This document shows positions 9,184-17,412 of a DNA stretch of 17,412 nucleotides, in pieces; the stretch's first letter is position 1, and every line of letters starts with the position of its first letter. Made by a program: the position numbers and the translations under genes. Origin of the DNA: Bugula neritina (taxonomy: Eukaryota; Animalia; Bryozoa); assembly GCA_964035545.1 (NCBI GenBank), contig CAXIUT010000003.1, forward strand, positions 1 to 17,412. The letters are read 5' to 3'. Under the pieces are notes generated by a model. That model had not been told where the DNA came from. It did not search any database and saw nothing but the letters and a program-made list of their open reading frames with translations.

Positions 9184-9939
9184 CTTTAGTAAGGTAAGCT
9201 GCTGTCAAGCTTATCACTAGTATGGCAAAAATATATGAATGAATGTTTTTACTTTTAATCTGGCTCGATCTCGAGCATGCTTCCAGTCTTCATCATATAT
9301 AGAACGCATAACTGAGAAAGTTATACGGATATTGATCCGAGCTGAGAAGAATTACTCAAACCAAACGAGAATCAAATCCTTTAGAAAAATACACATTGAA
9401 TTCCATTTCAAGTATCACTAGTCGACTTGACCGATTCACTTTGAGCACATCCAGACCCGCACATCTTCGACGCTATTCGACTCCAAATCTGCTCTTTTCA
9501 AATTGCCTCATACCAATCGAGGCTTTAGCATATTAAGAAGCGTTTTGTGAAAACCATTTGCGTAAAAATGACGAGAGTAACTTCAAATCCAAATGGCGAA
9601 AACGATATAACAGAACCATTATGTAACTAAATCGGAACCAAGTTGACTCGCTTGCTCATTGAGCGTCGAGGAAGTTGCGGACATATTTTTGGGGAGAACC
9701 GCGTTGACAGTTGTAATAATCTGTAGTTTGCTAACTTGCAAAAGGATTTTGAGATTTGTCTTGAACTGGAAGTGAAGAAATTGATCGTGAACTGCCCATG
9801 GGCGAGGGTTCAAAGGTCGGCATCTGTTGGCGCACTTTTTTTTAGGACTTGTTGTTCGTTTTCGCAGAGTCTTGCGCGGGCTTCCGATTCATAACTGTTT
9901 CTAGCGCTTTTGCGTTAATTCACAGGCTGCGGCAATGAA

Positions 9940-11127
9940 ATGGAGACCCATCTAGAACAACACTGTCCGAACGTATCGGAAGGCTTTGGAAAATCTTCTC
10001 CTCCAGCAGCCAAAGCTCGAAGACGAAGAAGACGTCAAAAGGACACAATACCTGCGAAGGGAGCTGTTGACAATTCTATAAAGGATTTGAGTCGCGAAAA
10101 GCGGACGAATGCGATTGATAGTGGCAAAAATGATGAGCCTCACGCACAGAAAAGCTTGACTGATCGTAGTGGTGTCCACGTGCATTCGAAGCATCAGAAG
10201 GCGGGATTTACACCCAGTCAATTAAAAAATTTGCAAAATAGACTTTTTGGAAGTGAATCACAAGCCCTATCAAGCGCAAGGCATCGATCTTCAGGTCGAG
10301 ACCTGCGTAGGAAAGTTTCTTTGCGTGGTCTATCCCCAAATATATTGAATGCAAGTCACCTCCTTGACTCATTGCAAGCTACATTAGACAGCTGGTCGAT
10401 AGAAAAGCCAGATATTTCTTTAAACGGAGTTGTGGTGTTGGATTTTTATCCCGGAAAGTTTGATGGGATTGACTCTGATGCCTTGCGTCCGGCTTCAGCA
10501 ACCCTAGTTCTAGAAGATGAAGTGACTGCCAAGAAATTTTGTAAACTTTTTGACGGAAAAAATATTTGTGCTGCGCCGGTTGAATCAGAAGAAAATACTG
10601 ATAATGCTAATGATGAGGTTGAAGGATCTGATCAACCTCCTTCCATTATTGTCGAATCTTACCTTTCGATTTTGGAACAACAGCGCCGATTAAAAGAGGC
10701 CAGTGCAATTAGTCAGTTGCTATGTACTTGTGATTTAGCCACTAATCCCCGTGTTTCGAACTTGATTGCTTTTTCATGCGGCAGTAATTCTTCAGTTTCG
10801 GAGGATTGTTGTAGTGAGGGATACTCTAGTCGTCTCTCCGACGATATCGAATTCTTAAGTTTTTTGGAATCATTGTCTCATGGCACGAATGATTACAAGA
10901 TGCAACGTGATCTTTTAAATGACCACCAGCTAGCCTATCGCGGTGATGATACTTGCTTGCTCGAATTGCAGTCATTTTTGCCTTCTTCAGCTGTGAAAAG
11001 CAATAGAAGAAAGGTGAAACCGAAAGTTAAGCGTGGAGTATCAGGCACTGAAAAACAGTTGTCAAAAAAGACTGCGGGATCTAAGAAGTCGTCAAAGAAG
11101 AAGGAAGGCAAACCGCGATTGACTTAG
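9940..11127 (+). CDS. UPF3: Nonsense-mediated decay factor UPF3/Smg-4 family protein, divergent
   Basis: RRM-like pattern KVSLRGLSPNI (cf. KVVIRRLPP), FYPGK, FCKLFDG, IIVE, then DDIEFLSFLESL (cf. DDPEY..FLE) and a Lys-rich tail. Confidence 0.75.
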   Translation: METHLEQHCPNVSEGFGKSSPPAAKARRRRRRQKDTIPAKGAVDNSIKDLSREKRTNAIDSGKNDEPHAQKSLTDRSGVHVHSKHQKAGFTPSQLKNLQNRLFGSESQALSSARHRSSGRDLRRKVSLRGLSPNILNASHLLDSLQATLDSWSIEKPDISLNGVVVLDFYPGKFDGIDSDALRPASATLVLEDEVTAKKFCKLFDGKNICAAPVESEENTDNANDEVEGSDQPPSIIVESYLSILEQQRRLKEASAISQLLCTCDLATNPRVSNLIAFSCGSNSSVSEDCCSEGYSSRLSDDIEFLSFLESLSHGTNDYKMQRDLLNDHQLAYRGDDTCLLELQSFLPSSAVKSNRRKVKPKVKRGVSGTEKQLSKKTAGSKKSSKKKEGKPRLT

Positions 11128-11846
11128 ATGCATCAGATCTTTGCCTGATGGGTGGAAAAATCGAAAAGGGAACATATTGCTGTTCGTCGTGACCTCGTCG
11201 TAGGCACCTTTGTGCATCGAAGCACCTTTAATAGCCAGCAGCTAGCGTCAAGTCAGTTTCCGCAGATGATAGGGAACGGCATGTGAATATTAATGTTATT
11301 TTCACGAAAAGAAGAGTGTTCAAGTCTTCAGTTCATGCTTGCACATTTGAAGGTTAAGAATACACATGGCAATATTTTCGCTCTTTCAAACAATGCGATT
11401 GAATAGTAAAATACTTTTTTACATTTTTTGCGTTGTTTTACTTAAGACAATTTCCACAATTTTCTTTCACTAGTTGTGATGGGCTTGATTATTTTCGATT
11501 CTATTATTCGGACAACTTGATGAAACTGAAGGAAAGGGCTCAATAACTTTGACAACTTTTCACCATAAGAGTGACAGCTTGCAGTGGTCTCATCATCTTT
11601 AACTCGCTACTGGAAGCTAACTTAAGTACATAAGACGCTAAAGATGCGCCGAGAATGAATAAAACGAGGGAATCTGAAAGCGATCTCGGAGAATTGGCTC
11701 GGCGCTACCAGACAAAATTAGGTTGGAGCTCGTTTTATTTTAAAGTTGGTTTAAATGAGCTTTTCTATAGCTTGAGAATGTATTGGCTTGTAAATTGAAG
11801 TATTAAGAGGTTGTTTCTAATTGGTTTGTGGAAATTTGAGGTCGAT

Positions 11847-14800
11847 ATGTCAGTTGTTGAGGGGGAGGTGGACAACGAATTGACAACGGATAGGTTGGCA
11901 AAACCAGAATCGTTTGCCTCAGTGCTACAAGATGAGGAAGAGGAAGCTTTAAAGGGAGAGAAAGCTATTGCTTTTAAGGCTTCTGATGGCAATACTGACG
12001 CTATAAATAAGTGGATGGGTTCATGGATGAAGACATTTTCGGAAGCCGTAACCAGAGCTCCAGAGCAATTTGGGGAAATTATTTCGCGTTCGAAGAAGAC
12101 GTCTCAATCTGGAGCAAGAAGTCTGCTTAATATCAAAAGGATCGACCAAATTGCGTCGATTCTAGAAGCGTTGAAAGGGTCTGGTGATGTCCGAATCATT
12201 GGACCGGATTGTATTGGCGGTTTGCAGGTGCTCAAGTTCATTGGTTCCCGCGTGGATGGTCAAGCAGATCATAGTTCCATCCCCGCCATTCTCGGTACAG
12301 AGGAGGACGAGAGCTGGTTGTACGTTGAATGGTACAGAAAGCGAGTCGGGAGCAATTTTTGGGATCAGATTCCGGGACGTCATTCTGGTTACTATCGACC
12401 AGGACCGGATGACCTTGACTGCAAATTGAAAGCATCCGTGCGATTCAATACCAACTGCATTGATCCTGAAATAATTGACTCTTGCCTATCCGCGATATCA
12501 AAAAAGAATTCAAGTCTCCCGGCCGGACAAAAAATGCTGGTAACCGATCCTCGCCGTCTTCTCTGGATTGAAAAAAAAAAACTGTTTGGGCATCAGTACT
12601 GCCATCTACGAGGCTTTGGAGCCATTGAAAGCCACGAGAAGCAGCTATCAAATCTCAGTTTTCAGCAACAAAGCTCCATTCGTCAATTCGCTTCTTGTCA
12701 TAGATCCTCAAGACGATGGCGTCACAGTTTCATTGTCTCGCGAATTGCAATCAGCTCATCATGAAAACGCTGGCAACGAGTTAAATGCAAAGGTTTCTGA
12801 AGCTGGCAACGATCCGAACCAATTCTCAATGCTTCTTCATGGCCTTAGCAGCCGATTTCCGTTGAGGCCATCTCGGATAGCGACACCGGTTTCACGCTCA
12901 TCAAACACGACAGAAATCACAGCTTAATAACTCTTTATGCATCAACCAATTTTGATCGGGATGTGGTTGTGCTTTATCTCCGCTGGTTGCTTCATGCCGA
13001 AGATAAACGTTTAGCCACGGCTTTTGACGCTATCGACTGCGTTTACCCGCAGGTTTGGGCGATGCTGGACATTCTGCAGGAATTAGAGTCGCCAGGCTAT
13101 ATCTCAGAGATTACTGAGGATGAACGCACGGCCTCGAGTGTCGACTGCTGCCCTCAGGGTGCAGATATCCAAGACCGGCAAGGATCCATCGCAATCCGGG
13201 ATGGCGAAGACGGGTTCACTTTCGATATATACAAAATAGCTGGATTCGGCGACTCCTATGCTATTGAGGTTGAGTCTTGTGGCAATGAACCGCTCGGGAT
13301 TACTCTTTTCGGTATTGAAGCTCTGCAACCTATACGCTCATGTGAACGCTTCTGGCCTAAGAGGGGAGTCTGCTTCGTTGTCGTGAGCGGGTTTCGACCC
13401 GTTTTAATCAATGGACGTAAAGTAATGGGCAAGATCGAAGCTACTGGCAAAGTGAAGGTCGGCGATGCTTTGTTCGCCGTCGACGAGTGGCCTTTGGAGC
13501 ACGTCGCTTTAAGAACTCGCTCAGATCTTGACAACTACATTCCAACCAGTGTATCATATGCCTCTCAACTTATTGAAGCTGCACGAAATCGTTGTCAAAA
13601 CTTATTGACCGCTGATGAAAATATTAGCAAGAATGGCATCAGGCCGGATTGTATTGGAAATGACACGAATGCGAATAAATCGCCTTCGGTTGACATTTCG
13701 ACGTGGTTCCCCATTACTCTCAGACCAGTTTGGTCAAACCCTTAGAGCTAGTGGCGCTTATCGCTCTGTGGAGCTTGATAATGAGGCGACGAAACCTGCT
13801 GACGAACGGATAGATTCATCTGAAAACAAAGAGAGACAAACGCTCGATGAGTCAAATTCTTTCCAATGCGCGAATTGCATATCTGTGAACGAGATTTTCA
13901 TAAAACAGAGACAAAAATTGGAGCGCTCGTCAATAGAGAAAAAATTAGCGCTGAGAATGATGCAGCAGATGCGTGACCAATTGCAGACATGCAATGACAA
14001 ATGGGAAAATGAAAGAACAACGATGAGGTCGTCTATCAAAAAGGCCACTTTGGGGAAAGAGAAAACTTCGCAAGAAAAGCAGGCTGCGGATGAAAAAGTA
14101 GAGCAGCTCAAAAATGCTTTGAAAACCAAGGCTGACGAACTGTCCAGATTCGCCAATTTAATCCAAGCTAGAGATGACTTATTGCAAAAGTCTGAGAGTG
14201 AAGTGTATTCGCACCAAGTAAAAAATGCAAACCTTCGAAATTTGCTTGACACTATAGTGGTAGAAAGAGATGAAGCTAAGAAAGAGATTTTAGAATTGTC
14301 TAAATCACTTGAAACCTCGACTGAGAAGATTACTCGGTTAAGGGACAAGCTTGCAATTTCAAAGGAGGAGGTAGAATATCTTACTAAGAATATGAAGCAC
14401 AATGAAGATATCAACAATAGCCAGTTGATACAAGTAAACAACGAAAACCAAGCTCTGCGCGAAGAAATTGCGAAATTGAGCGACAGCATTAATGGATTCC
14501 AGATTCACACCGAAGCACTAAAGCTTACCGCTACCAAAGCTGAAGAAGGATCCTTAAAAGCATCCATTTTCCAGCGAAAAATAGAAGAGCAGTTGCGAGA
14601 AGAAAAAGCGAAGACCAAAACGCTGCAAGAACGAGTTGATCAATTGCAAAAGCGACTACGAGGGTCCACATCGGAGATAATCATCGAAGGGAAAGCCTCC
14701 AATTCAGAGTACCGCACTGAGAATAGCGAAGAAAAAACTACCGAAGATCAGCTCAAAGTTTCCGAAAATACCAACATTAAACTGCGGAAGCAACTGGCTG

Positions 14801-15150
14801 GCTTAAAAAAGAAGATGCATAGTCTGGCAGCAGAAGCTTCCAAGGCCGCCCAGCTTCAAGATATACTCGCTGAAAGAAATGAGTTACTTCTAAAAGTCCA
14901 AATTGAGAAAGCCCAACGTCTGGAATCAGAAGACGAATTAAACGCATACAAACAGGCACTAAAGCAGGTCGCCGAAGAATTTCAACCCCAAAATTCGGAA
15001 AGGTTGTCGATCTTTAATTCAGGTCAATCCCTCAGAAAGGGGCTACATGATCAAGATGGGGCATTGATAAAATCTGCTTCACCCATATTCAATCATCTGT
15101 ACAGAAAAATTTGTTCGGAGAAACGTAGTGTATTTTCATCCAAAAAGTGA
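11847..15150 (+). CDS. Large cytoskeletal-type scaffold: AIR9/SCAB-like Ig domain, PH-like domain, PDZ-like domain and long coiled coil. One gene spread over ORFs 11811-12764, 12568-12927, 12849-13745 and 13609-15150 (about 1060-1080 aa)
   Basis: VEWYR...IPGRHSGYYRPGPDDLDCKLKA matches the AIR9/SCAB Ig pattern; ITLYASTNFDRDVVVLYLR resembles a PH C-terminal helix; GKIEATGKVKVGDALFAVD resembles a PDZ core; an E/K/Q/L heptad region runs from about 13880 to 14980. Consecutive ORFs overlap on one strand and domains cross the junctions. Confidence 0.7.
12793..12848 (+). other. Probable 56-nt spliceosomal intron (alternative acceptor at 12851)
   Basis: AAG|GTTTCT...CTTCTTCATGGCCTTAG|CAG. Removal joins ELNAK to QPISVEAISDSDTGF in frame. 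Length and the CTTAG end match the bL34 intron, but the donor is weak. Confidence 0.55.
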
Positions 15151-15170
15151 ATTCTTCTTTGATGCTTTGT

Positions 15171-15798
15171 TTATATGGCGGCCAGCCGTCTCCGTCCCTT
15201 TGCTCGTCGGTGTCCCAAGATCCGACGACCGCTTGGTTTTCTCAGGCGCTTTAAGAACCCATGTTTGCGTTTCCGCTGCAGATAGTTGGGTTTGTACGTC
15301 CGTTTGGGGGCTTCGAATATGATCGACCCGAGCAGCTCCGCACTGATTTCAACGCATTTAGCAGTCTCTGTTAGCGTCAACATAGAATCGCGTGAATTCA
15401 AAGGGGAGTACGAAGCTTGTCCCATAGGCTTGACAGTCACCGCCAGTAGTGCCTAAGACAAAGCAATGGTTATGGATGAGAGTCTCAACAGAAAAAAGTA
15501 TTGGCCTTACCTGAAGCGCGTTGAGAGTCAAATTTTTCTGTGACATTTCCAGACGCAAAGAATCGTCAAGCTTGTGTTTAGCCAGACTGACACTACTGGT
15601 AGAAGAGCACAATCCGCGGAAAGTTGGGAGGCTGGAGGAAGGAATGGAATTGAAGTAGGAATTTCTTGGTGCCCATCGTAGTTTATTTGAGGCTCCCAAA
15701 CTATTACCGTCAATTATTTGCCCGCATAATTTCTTTATTCCATTCGATATCCCAATTTTGTATCCGCGTTTCAATATCTCTAACTTTTGCAACATCAT
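15171..15798 (-). CDS. MRPL34: Ribosomal protein bL34, organellar (probably mitochondrial) precursor; exons 15798..15511 and 15452..15171; 189 aa
   Basis: C-terminal [42 protein letters not shown] is the L34 signature. The N-terminal extension is basic and Ser-rich. Splicing joins the two ORFs in frame (NALQ|[11 protein letters not shown]). Confidence 0.93.
15453..15510 (-). other. 58-nt spliceosomal intron in bL34
   Basis: CAG|GTAAGG...TTGCTTTGTCTTAG|G has canonical donor and acceptor and restores the frame. Confidence 0.9.
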
Positions 15799-15833
15799 TT
15801 TGACACTTTTTCACTATTCCCTCCCTTCGTGAT

Positions 15834-15915
15834 AGGGTAATCTAACCTAACAGGGTAATCTAACCTAACATGGTAGTCTCATCTAACCTAACCTAATAGG
15901 GATACTTAACCTAAC
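15834..15915. repeat. Tandem array of about 18-bp units AGGGTAATCTAACCTAAC (2 exact, 2 degenerate) containing TAACC/TTAGG telomere-like cores
   Basis: Exact copies at 15834-15851 and 15852-15869; degenerate copies at 15870-15897 (with CTAACCTAACCTAA) and 15898-15915. Confidence 0.9.
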
Positions 15916-16896
15916 TGGATCAAATCAATCAGTGGACTAACTTCGCTTAGTAGAAACACTTTATTCACTACAATCACTTAAACAACACAGCTTAAGTTTA
16001 TTCACTTTACCCAGTGTCATATAACCAAGACGCTTATTATTTTCCGCTTTTGATTTAATGACGGTTATTTACAGTTATTGCTCAGTGTGTCGTTAAATTT
16101 CCGAAATCAAGCTCTCCATTCTCCATAGTCTTACTGACTAGGCCATACTTACAATCTTCGCTTCTTGCAAATACTCGAAAGATATCAGAAACTTTTATTA
16201 TCGCTTTCTTTTTTCTCATGATTTGCTACTTGGTGTTGGGTATAGCAGTGTATATATATATTCATGTCAACACAGACTAGGGTAATTTGACCTAAGCATT
16301 TTTATAGTGTGCTTATATTGATTCCGAAGCTCTTAGTTGATCAATCAATTACACCTAAAGCAACAAACAATCTTTCTGCCACATTGCACATCAATTACCA
16401 AACAATAACCTAAACCATTTCGGTCCAACAATTACACATATTATCGAATATAAACATTTGGCTTCCAATTATGCGTTGCAACTTTTTTTGCCGTATCTAC
16501 AGCAGGACAGAGAAAACAAATAACACCTTCAATAAACGAATCTACTTAAGATCAAATTTGGAGGAGTATCGCGTTCAAAATCCCACTTAAATAGCAAGGT
16601 CGATACGTCATTGCTCAAGTGCAGGTATCTTCTTCCGGATGTAAGTTGCTCGGGTGATTTTTCTGGTCAAGCCGTTCCTTTCAAGTCAGTCGGTCTAGTA
16701 TTTAACATATTTTGTTTTCATGTCGGTATGGTTGCCAATTATTTGAAATTCTTAAACGTAAGAACTAAACTTTCTGTTCATAGCGACAGCACACGCATCG
16801 CACGCTATTCTGTAATTTAGCTAACTTCATGAGTTATCTTAGGGTAAGATTGGCAAGGTAGGCTACAGGTTCTACGAATGGAAATACAAAACAAAG

Positions 16897-17412
16897 CTAA
16901 ACGTGTCTGGCGACAGGATCTGGTTGTGCTTCCGGTCCCTTGTCAAGACCTTTGTCATAAAGCAAACCTCTCTTTTCGGGGCTTTGTTCGGGATCCACGT
17001 CTAGGTTTAGATACAAGGGCAAATGACCCTGGTCGGAGTTAATATGGTCTTCCATAATATCTTCCGCCCATAAAGCGCGATCTTCATGTGCTTGTCTCTC
17101 CATGCGTAGGGATATGATGTCTTTATCGTGCTCAGCTTGATGGTATACCCCTTTTTCGACGAGATCATCAACCATCTCAGCATACTTGCTAGTAGTTTCG
17201 TCATCTACTTGACCCACTTTTTGAGCAGGCGATCCGGACCAAATTTCCTTGGCTTCCATTTTCGTTCCCTCCTCTACAACACTTCCTTGGCCCACGACAC
17301 AACCTTCAGCAACAGTCACACCAGGTTGAATAGTAACCCCAGACTTTAGAACGGCCCCGTCATGAATCCTAACCCCTTGACCAATCTTGCACTGAGGGAA
17401 CACCAAAACCCC
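16897..17412 (-). CDS. Gamma-carbonic-anhydrase-like protein (hexapeptide left-handed beta-helix), probably a mitochondrial complex I CA/CAL subunit; 5' end lies outside the window
   Basis: Hexapeptide repeats CKIGQG/VRIHDG/VTIQPG/CVVGQG, then EIWSGSPAQKV (cf. EVWGGNPA) and a helix ending YHQAEHDK (cf. H..E..K). The frame is open to the window edge. Confidence 0.85.
   Translation of the reverse strand, partial: GVLVFPQCKIGQGVRIHDGAVLKSGVTIQPGVTVAEGCVVGQGSVVEEGTKMEAKEIWSGSPAQKVGQVDDETTSKYAEMVDDLVEKGVYHQAEHDKDIISLRMERQAHEDRALWAEDIMEDHINSDQGHLPLYLNLDVDPEQSPEKRGLLYDKGLDKGPEAQPDPVARHV

Noticed and set aside
13758-14489. 243-aa antisense ORF
   Set aside because: S/L/F-rich mirror of the E/K-rich coiled-coil codons; a typical shadow ORF.
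3728-15150. Stop-codon reassignment as an explanation for the ORF breaks
   Set aside because: All breaks change frame rather than continue in frame, and TAA, TAG and TGA each end well-supported genes.
15834-15915. Array as CRISPR or as a telomerase RNA template
   Set aside because: No unique spacers or cas genes and a eukaryotic context; a telomerase template would be a single short copy, not tandem units.
16560-16590. GTTCAAAATCCC resembling a tRNA T-loop/B box
   Set aside because: Spacing is off by one base and no cloverleaf or A box could be built.

Overview
Gene-dense, moderately AT-rich eukaryotic nuclear DNA in the standard code (TAA, TAG and TGA all end genes), with short GT-AG introns. 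It is probably a non-opisthokont protist, inferred from the complex I-type gamma-carbonic-anhydrase-like gene. In order: a possible partial minus-strand gene; an ELM2-SANT-PHD chromatin protein broken by one -1 frame change; an endosulfine/ARPP19-like protein with several FDS-type motifs; a perilipin-like protein with a C-terminal 27-bp repeat; a divergent UPF3; a large Ig/PH(SCAB/AIR9-like)-PDZ-coiled-coil gene split over four ORFs; mitochondrial-type bL34 with a 58-nt intron and a telomere-like repeat array just upstream; and the 3' part of a gamma-CA-like gene. The most notable signals are the frame discontinuities (recoding, weak introns or homopolymer assembly errors cannot be told apart from sequence alone), the multi-motif endosulfine, the protist perilipin and the TTAGG-like promoter array. 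All family assignments are by eye from remembered motifs; no searches were run.
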